Source of the DNA: Octopus bimaculoides
Lineage: Eukaryota
DNA length: 64,000 nucleotides
Assembly: GCF_001194135.2 (NCBI RefSeq)
Contig: NC_068986.1
Span: 44,121,081-44,185,080 of the forward strand
Direction: 5' to 3'
Shown here one piece after another: positions 1 to 12,588 of the stretch; the stretch's first letter is position 1, and every line of letters starts with the position of its first letter. Under the pieces are notes generated by a model that searched no databases, had not been told where the DNA came from, and saw only the letters and a program-made list of their open reading frames with translations. Position numbers and translations under genes: made by a program.

Positions 1-379
1 AAATAACCCATTTCATTGTTTATGTTCGATTACTTTGAATACTGATTTGTTGTGTGTCCTATTTCTAATTTTTGCAGACAATATTACTTCTATACTTTAT
101 TTGACATGTGAGTAGAACTCATGTCTGGAAACCTCGTGACATACTTAGATTGTTGAATAAAATCGATAATAGGGACCTTCCAATGGATCCGTCTATCTAC
201 TACATATTACTAATATTTTATTTAAATAACTCAAGGGAAATAACCTGCAGATTTTAGCAAAACGATCAATATTTGATTCTTATGATCAGCCAACCTAATT
301 CTGCATTTCACTACTCACAGTTTTCAACTGCTAAACATTATTATTGCACTTCCTTAATTTGAATCTTAAACCTTAAAGA

Positions 380-890
380 TTTCATTCATACATTTCTATA
401 CATACATCTTTTTTGAATGCCCATTACTCCAATAATTATGCATTTTTACAGTTACCCTTTTTCCATGACAGTAGATAAATTTTTTATTCCATAACGTATT
501 TGTAGTGGCATCATGCAAGCATAGCATGGATTCGATCTTCAATTGCCAAATTTCATTTAACGCTTCAACAGCACTTTTCTCATGGTAAAACAATAGTTTT
601 TCTGTGAATGACAGCAGTTATACATTTCCCAGAAGCCTTCACTAAGCAGAATAATGTCTTTGCTTCTCACCAACCCCCGACAATCTTTCTCGCCAACCTC
701 CGAAAACCTCTCTTGCCAACCTCCAACAATCTCTCCCTCCTCCAGCTGACGGTTTTTTGTACTTTTTCATGACGAGAAATACACCTTTTGTGGCAGTTAT
801 AACGAAATTGCTTTCCTATATCAGAGTAATAAGGCATTTTAATAGGACAACTTTACCCCTGGGAATTACCGGGTACACCAGTTAGTACAT
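380..890 (-). mobile_element. Helentron/Helitron-like dispersed element
   Basis: Minus-strand start ACTAACTGGTGTACCCGGTAATTCCC. Strong homology with 32050-32460 (shared pseudo-ORF MFY(H/R)EKSAVE.L.EIW..IES.LCLH). A related start motif CTAGCAGAACAACCCGGCGTTGCCCGGG lies at 14894. Class is inferred from termini only. Confidence 0.5.
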
Positions 891-1639
891 ACATAAATAC
901 AAAGTTATACAGCAGATTCCTTAAGGAAAATATCAGTTAAAATATTCTTAGAAAATTTAAGCTATTTTTATTATTCATTAGTCACAAACTTCAAGTGTTG
1001 GCACTTACAACAATCGATGTCTACAAGCATAGCTAATTATGTTATTCACTCATATAGACAAAAGGCTATGGAAATGTAATCAATATATAATGTAAATATA
1101 CACCTATGTTACAAGCTTGCTTACTGCATTCTTCCCAATGTCAAAATATTAAAAGTGCCAATGAAGGAGCTTCCATGTTGTCATCTGGCATACTAGCAAT
1201 CACTGCCAATTCTCCCTCAAACTGCACCTTAAAAACTTAAAAAGGAAAGACATACTGAATAAAATAGTTTAAAATACACTATGTTTGGGGGAAAACGGGA
1301 CAGTCAGGACTGGAATCTGGGTTAAAAAATATTAAGAATGTTTCCTATCCACATTCTCAACAAATATAATTTCAACTCCTATAGCAAAACACTTTCTCTT
1401 CACTTTAAAACATTTTTTTAAATATGTGAATCTAGTTACATCTATTATTTAAAAATATGACTGCAATTTTAATAACATTCCATTTAAGATCTGTTATAAC
1501 TTTTATTTCATAAATATTTTAAATGATAAAAGTATATAATGAGATAGGACTTTTTAAAATGATAAAAAAAAAAAGCACAAGTGACTGAAGTAGTACCTAT
1601 AGATAGAAAATTGAGCAGAAGTGTTCATAGAATCTAATA

Positions 1640-2452
1640 CAGTAGTTCTCAACTGAGGGCCATATATGATTCTGTGGGGTCCAAAGAAGCAAAATAGTAA
1701 ATTGGGGACCCACAGTAGTATAACGAAGTGTCCGTGAAAAAGTTTTGATTTAGACATATTTATTGCAAGAAACTGGTTTCTTTCTTTAACATTTTACAAT
1801 ATTTCAACCTACACAAGTTAATGTGTGAATAACAAAATAGGAATTTTGAAAGAAGCATTTATAAAACAAAATTCTTTGTCTAGTATCTTATTTCTTTGTT
1901 TACTATTTCATTGAAGCAAGATGTTATATTACTCAAATATGAAGAATCTTGCCTCTTATAATATAGAAACATATCCCATGAGACCAGCAGACAAAATGGA
2001 AAAGTGTTGCCCCCAAATGATCTGTCTCAATAGTGGTGAGCAGAGATATGGTCTAGGGACCAAGAACATCAGAGGTATCAAGTGCCATTGGATTAAACAT
2101 TAACCTGTCAGAGGGCAACTGAAACCTTGAGTTTTTTTTTTCTTTCTCAGTTTGACGAGCAGCAGAGCCTGGGCTGGTGGATGACCACGCTAAGTTGCCA
2201 CTGGAGAAGGTATCACAGCATTGAGCATCCTAGACGAGAAGCCTACTGCCTTGGAACGGGGAAAATTATATCATCCAGCCTTCTACAGTCCCCTCAGTCT
2301 AGTCATGCTTTTTGATCTTCTTATGGGCAGCATGGCGTAGAAGGCAGCCAGCATTATGACAGCTTGACAGTGGGTGGAGGCCGATGGAGGTCCACCAGAA
2401 TAGAATAGTAATCAAAGGGGTCCATAGATAAAAAAATGGTTGAGAACCCCCG
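1640..2452. mobile_element. Non-autonomous hAT (Charlie/Buster-like) element
   Basis: Ends CAGTAGTTCTCAAC and reverse complement CGGGGGTTCTCAAC. Flanks atctaata / atctaacg form a degenerate 8-bp TSD with TA at positions 4-5. Confidence 0.65.
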
Positions 2453-2667
2453 ATCTAACGTCAATTTCTAACTGAGACACTCACTGCATCTCCCTCTATC
2501 CATCTGTCACTCCTCACTGTCTTACAAGCTTCTTTACCCACCCATACCACTTCTCTTTATTCACCTTCCTATAAGTTAAAGGCATGCCCTAACGCATCTT
2601 CACAACTGGGATAACAATGTATCCCTCCCAAAAAGACACTTGTTCTTGTCCCCTTATCAGTCTTTAA

Positions 2668-2888
2668 CCCTTTAGTATTCAGATTACTCAGTCATATGCA
2701 ATGCTTATTTATTCACATTATTTTGAATTAATCATACAGTATTTCATAGCTATGAGATTTCAATTATGTGACATTTTATTTTTTAGGATGACTTTACAGG
2801 GTAAGTGTGAGGGGTCAGATTTGGCCAGTTTGGACATAAAATAGGCAGAATATTTGGGCCAGATATAGCTGGTTTAAATGCTAAAGGG
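2668..2888. mobile_element. TTAA-flanked (piggyBac-like) MITE, copy 1
   Basis: TTAA|CCCTTTAGTATT ... AATGCTAAAGGG|TTAA; homologous copy at 21505-21717. Confidence 0.75.
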
Positions 2889-3474
2889 TTAACCCTTTCA
2901 TTGCCTGGCACGAAGCCACCTCACTCAAGACTACACTCTCACCTCAGTTGAAGGGGTCTTGTCTTGCAAGTTACTTGGTGGCCTCACTAGTACAAGTACC
3001 ACATAAAAAGTACCTATGACACCAAAGAGTATAAAGTGGTTGGCACCTAGCTGTAGTAACCATGCCAATGCAGACATTAGAGCATGGCGCAGTCCTCTGG
3101 CTCACCAGCTCCTGTTAAACAGTACAACCCAGGCTGGCATGGAAAACATATGTGAAATGATGAACTTAGACACAAGGTCTTGTATGAGAATAAGGTATAG
3201 TTCAATAAACCAACCCAATAATTTACTGGAAGAATGAATAAACTGTAAAGTCAAGCCAGATAGGATATGAACACTGAATGTGAGGGGCCATAACTAAATG
3301 CCTCATGGTATTTTATGCAACATTTTACTGTTTCTACCAATTCACTGCCCTTTGTAATATCTGATATCAGATGGTTCGTTATTTTTGCTTTTACTTAGTA
3401 TCTGAAGAAATCTAGTGGTTAAGAACATAAGAGCAGTTAGGTTACAAATACACGAAATAGAAAATAAAGCTTAC

Positions 3475-3540
3475 AATCTGAAGTGTTATAAGTCAAAAAC
3501 AGTGCTGCAAGAGACAATCTTATATTTAGTGATGTCTTTC
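3475..3540 (-). CDS. Candidate 66-nt internal exon of an unidentified minus-strand gene
   Basis: Minus strand: ttcatttttttttaacaattag| ... |GTAAGC. Only one frame is open (phase 1 to phase 1): KTSLNIRLSLAALFLTYNTSD. Confidence 0.35.
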
Positions 3541-4148
3541 CTAATTGTTAAAAAAAAATGAATAAATAAATGAAATTATATCAACGTCATATCGATATTA
3601 GTAGAATAATATTGAACATGAAGAGCAAATAAGTAGAAAGACAGTTATATAGAATTAGCATAGCACAAAGTTGAGCTGAACATTTAATTGAGAAATCTTG
3701 TGTGTACAATATCTTCTAGCTTCAGAATACACATGTTTGATCAATATTCTACGATTATTCTGTAGCAAGTATATGAGGCAGCAGTAAGTTCTCAGTAAAT
3801 GGGTTTTGCAGCCTGGTATTGATTTCCTCTGAATATTATTGTTTAATTGGAGAAGGAAACTATATTCACCCACACAGCATACCACCAGTCAGCACAGTCC
3901 TTTGTCATCCCCTTCATGTGGTGCAACAGCTTCAGAGTTGCCTTCATCACTTTGTGAGTGAGTGTGAAGTATTCTTCTCTTCATATTTGCATGTTAATTG
4001 TAAACACAAATTACAGTCATATAAACTGTCACTTATTTGCAATTCTCCTGAAAAGCATGTTTGGTCACTGAGTTACTTATTGTTCAAATGACTAAGGGAA
4101 ATATTGCAATACTTTGCAATGAGTGAGCTGCAGACAAGAAGAGCATCC

Positions 4149-4556
4149 ATAGGCGCAGGAGTGACTGTGTGGTAAGTAGCTTGCTTACGAACCACATGGT
4201 TCTGGGTTCATTCCCACTGCATGGCACCTTGGACAAATGTCTTCTACTATAGTCTCGGGCCGACCACAGCCTTGTGAGTGGATTTGGTAGACGGAAGACT
4301 GAAAGAAGCCCGTTGTATATATGTATATATATGTGTGTGTGTACATGTTTGTGTGTCTGTGTTCGTCTCCCCAACATCACTTGACAACCGATGCTGGTGT
4401 GTTTACGTCACCGTAACTTAGCGGTTCGGCAAAAGAGATTGATAGAATAAGTACTAGGCTTCCAAAGAATAAGTCCTGGGGTCGATTTGCTCGACTAAAG
4501 GCGGTGCTCCAGCATGGTCAGTCAAATGACTGAAACAAGTAAAAGAGTAAAAGAGG
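4149..4556 (+). mobile_element. tRNA-derived SINE family A (internal (TA)n/(TG)n), full-length copy
   Basis: Head ggagtg(a/g)ctgtgtggtaagtagcttgc...ggttc(t/c)gggttcattccc with A- and B-box-like motifs, central microsatellite, tail gaaacaagtaaaagagtaaaagag. Confidence 0.85.
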
Positions 4557-5725
4557 TATAAAAGAATTCACCTCAACATTTCATCTGATCCATGCAACCA
4601 TTGAAAAGTGAATGTGAGAATGAGGATCTGACAATATACATCTATTTGTGTGTGCGTGTGTGTATGGATGCAATGATAGGTGACTAAGACCTTTGGTGAT
4701 ATACTGTGCTTGAGAAGACCTGTCAAACCAAGTGAGATTATAGTCGTGGCCGATGCTGGTGTTACATAACTGGCACCTGTGTTGGTGGCACATAAAAAGC
4801 TCCCACTACACTCTTGGAGTGGTTGGCGTTAGGAAGGTCATCTAGCCGTTGAACCATGCCAAATCAGATTGGAACCTGGTGCAGCTCCCCAGCTTTCAGT
4901 CAAACCATCCAAACCATACTAGCATGGAAAACAAACATTAAATTATGATGACGACGATGATGTTGACACCATTTTTACAACCATTTTCTATGCTGACACA
5001 GGTTGGACATTTTGGCAGGATCCATTACATTGGAGGACCACATCTTGCTCAAGTGTCCCAGTTTTGGCATGGTTTCTTAGGTTGCATACCCTTCCTGATG
5101 TCAACCACTTTACAGAGTGTGTTGAGTGCTGTTTTCATGGCACCAGCACAAATGAGACCACCTCGTAACTAACAGAACTGAAGAGTATCCTCAACTTAAA
5201 AGCCAAATAGGAGATACTAACTTAAAAGCCGCCTGACAGGGCAGCTTTTAAGTAGCTCCTGTGGAGGGCTCTTCATTGGGCATTGGGCCCAACAATGACA
5301 CTTCATGCATTGTGTACATATTAAAGTTTATTAAATTTGAGCAATATTTTTCAAGCAATGAACAATTTTCATCAACACAATGAAATAATTTGTCGACTTG
5401 GAACTTATTGCAAAGCTGCATGATAAACATTTTTTGTCTCCCCATTCAGGGGTCAGTACAATTTTTTTTCTGTCCAACCTCTTTCTTTCTCTCTCTCTCT
5501 CTCTCTCCTTCTGTTGATTGCTTTCAACCATCACCATCACCAGTACCACCACCACAACTGCCATACACACACCAGACTTCTGACCCCACCACCATCAATA
5601 CCTTTCACTTTGCTGCCGTCCCCTCCACCACTATCACCAGTCTTTCACATCGCTTACTATCATTACTGTCCCTGACTGCCTCAGCTACCACCACCACCAC
5701 TATCATCCCTGTCGCTTCTACCTCA

Positions 5726-6085
5726 ATCTATCTTATAAATTAAAAGGCAAGTTGTCTGTCTGTCTGTGTGTAGAAGTGGTTCCACTTCTACTCCTACAGT
5801 TTTCAACCGAATATCACCAAATTTGACATGTGTGCTCTCTTTGACTTAGGACGCTTTTTCTTATAATTTTTTCCTCGAAATTCTGTGTCCCCCAACATAA
5901 ACAGACTACTCTCAATTCATCTAGGATTTGGCATGAGCCAGCAGAAAAACATGACACATACCCAGCTGGAAAAATCAATACTTTACTTTGTCAGCTGTGG
6001 TGAGCTCTTATCAAATGCTTGCACAGTACTCCCTCTGTTTTCACATGAATGCTCTTTTTCATATAATTATTCCAACTTAAACTAG
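5726..6085 (+). mobile_element. Helitron-like non-autonomous element
   Basis: Starts TCTATCTTATAAATTAAAAGGC followed by (GTCT)n and ttcaaccgaatatcaccaaatttgac; CTAG near 6081. Confidence 0.4.
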
Positions 6086-7539
6086 CCATTTCAAAACTCT
6101 TACCCAAAATTAGAAATCCTTAATTCGGTCTGTTTGATTAACATTTTTGCCAACTACATTTTACAATTTTTTGGGTGCTACACATTCACCGCTTTTTCCT
6201 TAGGACTTTTTCTATTGTGTAAACTAATAATTTTCCACCATGACTAGATACAAAAGATCCAATATAGGTCAGCAAACAAATGCTGCAAAGAAAAGCAAAT
6301 GTATGCATGCAAATGAATCTGCCGAGGACGCAGCCAGGAGGAACTCTCTCTAGTGGTTCGGCAAAAAACATTAATAGAATAAGTACTAGGCTTACAAAGA
6401 ATAAATCCTGTAATTGATCTTTTCAACCAAAGGCAGTACTCCAGCATGGCTGCAGTCACAAGACTGAAAGAAGTAAACTATAAAATAAATATGCTAATTC
6501 CAAGCAAGGCCAGGTATCTCTGCTAGTCACAACTACAGCTCATACTATTACTATCAACCCATAACCATCACAACTGTCAATCTACTACTGTCTCTATGCC
6601 TTCTATTACTCTCATTCCAACGTGAGCATTAGTAGGAGTGTCAATGAATAGTGAGAGAGGGGGTCAAAGTGTGACACACTGACACACACAGATTAGTTTT
6701 CGCACTTATTACATTAGAAGGAAGTCACTTTAAGTGAAATGTTGAGGGATTACAGTATGATAGTGGGAAGCACAAACAGGTTTGCTGTTGTGGAGGTGAC
6801 TCATGGCTACCTCAAAATTTACAAGGGTGGATAGAGGAAGCTGAAATGGAGCCCAAACAAAGATAAATACAGTTGTAAGTGCCAGAACATACCCTCATGA
6901 GAACATGTCCAGGAAGATGAATAGAAGAGAGCATAGATGCAGAAGGATTATCTCGAAACGTCAAAGACTTTCCGTATTCCCGAGCGTCATACTAATACAT
7001 CCTTTTGTTATTTACACCACCTGTCCTCGTCTGTTGTTGTTTTTTCGTATATTCTCCCATATATATATATATANNNNNNNNNNNNNNNNNNNNNNNNNNN
7101 NNNNNNNNNNNNNNNNNNNNNNNNNNNNNNNNNNNNNNNNNNNNNNNNNNNNNNNNNNNNNNNNNNNNNNNNNNNNNNNNNNNNNNNNNNNNNNNNNNNN
7201 NNNNNNNNNNNNNNNNNNNNNNNNNNNNNNNNNNNNNNNNNNNNNNNNNNNNNNNNNNNNNNNNNNNNNNNNNNNNNNNNNNNNNNNNNNNNNNNNNNNN
7301 NNNNNNNNNNNNNNNNNNNNNNNNNNNNNNNNNNNNNNNNNNNNNNNNNNNTATATATATATATATATATATATATCTAAGCAAGCATGGTCTTTTGGTT
7401 AAGAAGTTTGCTCCATAAATATCTGGTTTCAGGTTCAGTCCCACTGTGAGACAACTTGGACAAGTGTCTTCTACAATGGCCATGCACTAACCAAAACTTT
7501 GTGGGTTGATCTAGTTGATACACTTAAGATAATTCCCAG

Positions 7540-9254
7540 CTAGTTGTGAACCAAACTTGAAAACTGGTATCTTTTAAATTGCTTGAAATTTTTTCTAAGT
7601 GAAGCAATCCTTGTATCTAGTCAATCCTGAAAATTTTAGCTCCTAACTATGTATGGTTCTTTTTTTAAGGGCATACAAGGTAGAGGGCTGAAGCAAATTG
7701 AGGAAGCTAAATCCTTTGGAAATAATGTATTTGTTTGAAAACAATAAAAAAAAAAGGTAGTGGTTTTAAGAACAATTAACAGATTTTGAATTAGTACAAT
7801 TCACAAGCAACATTACACACAATGGTTTCATATTTTAACAATAATGGATGTATAAAGCTTCATTTGTTTGCATCAATGATCATATGACTCAAGACATATT
7901 TTGCGTTTATTGTTTCTAAAAGGTGACCACCAATTTCCTGAAATAGCTGTCTCACTATCACCAAAGCAACTTACTTTAGTAATGGGTGTACTGGACAGTA
8001 CAAGAACTGCAAAAGCTTTGCAAATTTTTATAATCACCAAGATGACTGCTTGGCATTTTTTGTCACTTCTCATGGCAAAAATATATGAGATGGTGTTGGA
8101 GGTACCACCAAACAAGAAGTAACACTTGCAAGTTTACAATGTCCAATTCAGAACCAGATTTTAACATCCATTCAGTTATAGGAAATGAAAACCATTTTTA
8201 GAATTTCAGAGTTGTTTTATAAGGTAATTGTAGACATTAGGGGTTCATTTTTCCTCTTAGCCAATACATTCATCATTTCTGCAACATGAATTTCCTTTCC
8301 TACTTGAAGTTTTTGAAAAGAGTTTGCAACCGTTTGTTCTTGTTTTGTAACAAATACACCATTTCCAAAGGGCTCAAATTAGATTTTCACTCATCTATGC
8401 TGTGCAGGAACCAGCATGTTAAAGAATAGACCCAATATTTCCTCTGCATGTTATAAAAGGCAACTAAAAAAGGCTGTAAAACCTTCACCAGTAACGACTG
8501 TCTAAACAGACCCATGGGTTGGAAGGTTGTCACGTGAGAGGTGCACAGGTGTCATCCACCAGAAATAGGGAATCACCAACAAATGGAGGATGCAGCAACA
8601 CAGTTACAGCACATGTCTCCATACTATGACTACTACTATGCTTAAGCCTACAATGTTTAAGTTGGTTTTTCCATGTAATTTTAAACCAGGTTTTTAGGGT
8701 TAGTTTATTACAGTCTTAAAAGTTGAAACCATTTTTACCTGAAAATCCATGTTGCATTGATATTATTACAAAACTTATTTTTGAAAATAAAAAATCCCCA
8801 CACTGGATTGGAATGGTGGGATCAAACATGATGGATTTGAGCCTTAGGCCAATGGAAATTGTTGTACAGGATGCCAAAACCCCCAAAATCATGTATTTCC
8901 AATTTTTTTTTTTCATTTTTAGGACTAGCTGGAAAACAAATGGGACACTCATTAGATAAATCCATCTTTCATTATTATTTATTTGTAATGTGTTCTTGAA
9001 GATGTACATACAAAATTTCAAAGGTTGAAAATGTCTTAATCTTCAGACATACGAAGTTAAATATAACTTAAAACTTAGAAAAATCCTCAAATTCAGTTCA
9101 GTCTTCTATTTTGAATGCCCATAAAATCAGAACTTTAGATAGATAAGAGCTGAAATTTTCAAGATTGCCTGGGAAAAATTTTCGAGATTACCTAGGGAAA
9201 AATTCAGCCAATTTGAAAGACACTACCTTCCAAGTTTGGTTCACTATCAACTAG
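7540..9254 (+). mobile_element. Long-TIR DNA transposon with a decayed Sola-like DDD transposase fragment
   Basis: Imperfect ~140-bp inverted repeats (gtgaaccaaacttg...tcttt(t/c)aaattg...caatc(c/t)tgaaaatt(t/c)agctc) at ~7540-7680 and ~9105-9254. Internal plus frame ~7942-8190 reads YFSNGCTGQYKNCKSFANF...FFVTSHGKNI*DGVGGTTKQEVTLASLQCPIQNQILTSIQL*. Superfamily assignment is tentative. Confidence 0.75.
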
Positions 9255-9261
9255 AATGCTC

Positions 9262-9628
9262 ATACATACATACATGATGGCCGTCCACTCGTGACCGAGG
9301 AAGACCATTGCCGACCTTCAGGAACATTGTGCGCTCTAAGATTAACTTATATTTTGCATTTGTGGCTCCGTTGGTGGCTAATGAGCCCTGCTCTTGACAA
9401 GCATACACGACTGCAAACATTGCAGACCAAGCTTTCCTCATTCACTATACGAGCTGTGCGCTTTCGCGTAGCTCGCTCAAGTTCTTCATGCTGGATATGT
9501 GCTCTCTCAAAAGTGTCAATCCCCTCCTTAACCTGCTTCCTCCATCTGTGGCAATGACAGGCATTGTTTTCCCAGTCAGTGTCTTGCATATCACAGGCTT
9601 TTAATGAGGACTTGACAGTCCTTAAGGA
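9262..9628 (-). mobile_element. 5'-truncated RTE-clade LINE (different family) with a C-terminal Cys/His finger
   Basis: Reads ...VKSSLKACDMQDTDWENNACHCHRWRKQVKEGIDTFE...CNVCSRVCLSRAGLISHQRSH, then a short UTR and an (ATGT)n tail. Confidence 0.8.
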
Positions 9629-10189
9629 CATACATACATACATACATACACACATATTTATCTACACACATAGAGAGAATTATGCAAGCATGAAAAAGTG
9701 GACATAAAATGATTAAAATGCACACACACACACACATTTTCCCTAGTGGCATGAGTTGGACATTTTGACAGGATCCAGCAAGTTGCAGGAGTGCATCAAG
9801 CTTCAATGTCAGTATTAGTATGGTTTCTACAGCTGGATGCCCTTCTTAATGTTTACTTTACAGAAAGTATTGGATGCTTTTTTCTTTTTTTGTGGCACCT
9901 GCACTAGTCTGATCACCAAGTAACTCACAAAGCATAACAAGTTACTAATGGTATAGCCTCAGCAAGCAGTTCCACACTCCATGTAGCTTGAAAATAGTTG
10001 TCATACTTCTGGATCAGTTAAGGTACAGAGTTCAAGCCATATTATATTGTAATAATAAGTAATTTTGCTACTTAAGGAATGTAATTAACAAACGAGGTGT
10101 TGCTCTGAAAGTATTATAAAAATAGGATGGGGAAATTTCAGAGAACTATTTCCACTGCTGACAACAAAGACCTTTTCTCTGAGAAGGAT

Positions 10190-10430
10190 GGGCAGAATGA
10201 AAAAGATGCTTACATTAGAACTGCAATATTAGTAGTGAGAACGTAAAGGAAGTTGAGAAGACTGGAAAACAATGAACGAGCATGCTCCATTGGATGTGCA
10301 ATGTGAGTGTGCATGAAAGACATAGAACAAAGGTGCAGTATAAGAACATGGACATAAGAGGAATCGGATGTTGCGCACAAGAAAAAAGACTGCACTGGTA
10401 TGAACATACAATGCGTACGGTTGTGTACAG
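10190..10430 (+). mobile_element. RTE LINE RT C-terminal fragment
   Basis: [10 protein letters not shown]...[18 protein letters not shown], the same family as 13080-13945. Confidence 0.7.
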
Positions 10431-10572
10431 TTGTACATATATATTATATATAAACATATATATATATATATATATATACGTATACATATATATACATATA
10501 TATGTATATACATATATGTATATATACACATATATATATATATACATATACATACATATACATGCATATACA

Positions 10573-10622
<50 letters not shown>

Positions 10623-11715
10623 CATATATATATACATATATATGTATATATACATATATATACATATATATGCATATATATATATATACATATATATGCA
10701 TATATATATATATACATGTATATATACATATATNNNNNNNNNNNNNNNNNNNNNNNNNNNNNNNNNNNNNNNNNNNNNNNNNNNNNNNNNNNNNNNNNNN
10801 NNNNNNNNNNNNNNNNNNNNNNNNNNNNNNNNNNNNNNNNNNNNNNNNNNNNNNNNNNNNNNNNNNNNNNNNNNNNNNNNNNNNNNNNNNNNNNNNNNNN
10901 NNNNNNNNNNNNNNNNNNNNNNNNNNNNNNNNNNNNNNNNNNNNNNNNNNNNNNNNNNNNNNNNNNNNNNNNNNNNNNNNNNNNNNNNNNNNNNNNNNNN
11001 NNNNNNNNNNNNNNNNNNNNNNNNNNNNNNNNNNNNNNNNNNNNNNNNNNNNNNNNNNNNNNNNNNNNNNNNNNNNNNNNNNNNNNNNNNNNNNNNNNNN
11101 NNNNNNNNNNNNNNNNNNNNNNNNNNNNNNNNNNNNNNNNNNNNNNNNNNNNNNNNNNNNNNNNNNNNNNNNNNNNNNNNNNNNNNNNNNNNNNNNNNNN
11201 NNNNNNNNNNNNNNNNNNNNNNNNNNNNNNNNNNNNNNNNNNNNNNNNNNNNNNNNNNNNNNNNNNNNNNNNNNNNNNNNNNNNNNNNNNNNNNNNNNNN
11301 NNNNNNNNNNNNNNNNNNNNNNNNNNNNNNNNNNNNNNNNNNNNNNNNNNNNNNNNNNNNNNNNNNNNNNNNNNNNNNNNNNNNNNNNNNNNNNNNNNNN
11401 NNNNNNNNNNNNNNNNNNNNNNNNNNNNNNNNNNNNNNNNNNNNNNNNNNNNNNNNNNNNNNNNNNNNNNNNNNNNNNNNNNNNNNNNNNNNNNNNNNNN
11501 NNNNNNNNNNNNNNNNNNNNNNNNNNNNNNNNNNNNNNNNNNNNNNNNNNNNNNNNNNNNNNGCAATATCTTAAGAAAGACTGAAGTAAGTCAGTTGCTT
11601 TACTAAAAATATTACACCTATTGAGATAGCAAAAAAAATGGAGGGGGGGGCGCTTCTAATATACTTGCAAAACTTCATATTTATCTAATTCGAAGTTTTA
11701 CATAAATATGTACGT

Positions 11716-11775
<60 letters not shown>

Positions 11776-11950
11776 ACTTGGGGATGGTCATATTGCCAGT
11801 TTAGCCAATATATATATATACATGTATATATATACATATATATATTTACATGTATATATATATTTACATTATATATATATATATATATATACAACATATA
11901 TACATATAATTATATATATATACATATATATATGATTATATGTTTATACG

Positions 11951-11983
<33 letters not shown>

Positions 11984-11984
11984 A

Positions 11985-12378
11985 TTTTTACTATTTTACT
12001 TGTTGCAGTCATTTGACTGTACCCATGCTGGAGCACCGCCTTTAGTCGAGCAAATCAACCCCAGGACTTATTCTTTCTAAGCCTAGTATTTATTCTATCG
12101 GTCTCTTTTGCAGAACCGCTAAGTTATGGAGACGTAAACACAACAGCATCGGTTGTCAAACGATGTTGGTGGGAGAAACACAGACACACACACATACATA
12201 TATATGTATATACATATATACGACAGGCTTCTTTCAGTTTCCGTCTACCAAATCCACTCACAAGGCTGTGGTCAGCCTGAGGCTATAGTTGAAGACACTT
12301 GCCCAAGGTGCCAGGCAGTGGGACTGAACCTGGAACCATGTGGTTCGTAAGCAAGCTACTTACCACACAGCCACTCCT
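11985..12378 (-). mobile_element. SINE family A, full-length copy
   Basis: Reverse complement of the 4149-4556 consensus. Confidence 0.85.
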
Positions 12379-12393
12379 ATATATATCTATATA

Positions 12394-12544
12394 TCATCAT
12401 CATCGTTTAACGTCCGCTTTCCATGCTAGCATGGGTTGGACGATTTGACTGAGGACTGGTGAAACCGGATGGCAACACCAGGCTCCAGTCTGATTTGGCA
12501 GAGTTTCTACAGCTGGATGCCCTTCCTAACGCCANNNNNNNNNN

Positions 12545-12588
<44 letters not shown>

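Noticed and set aside
4149-4230. tRNA-like sequence
   Set aside because: It is the head of a multi-copy SINE; no full cloverleaf. No genuine tRNA or rRNA gene was seen in the window.
4572-4627. Possible minus-strand exon (cag|...|GTGAAT)
   Set aside because: Its only open frame (phase 0 to 2) does not fit the neighbouring candidate exons, and it sits between repeats.
5390-5743. 117-aa Ser/Thr/Pro-rich ORF
   Set aside because: Built from (CT)n and (CAC)n low-complexity repeats, with no splice or homology support.
10215-11606. Long ORFs of 158-445 aa rich in YIYI or X
   Set aside because: Translations of (TA)n microsatellites and N gaps. The same applies to ORFs near 6.9-7.5, 14-15, 19.8-20.8, 33.1, 58.2 and 62.2 kb.
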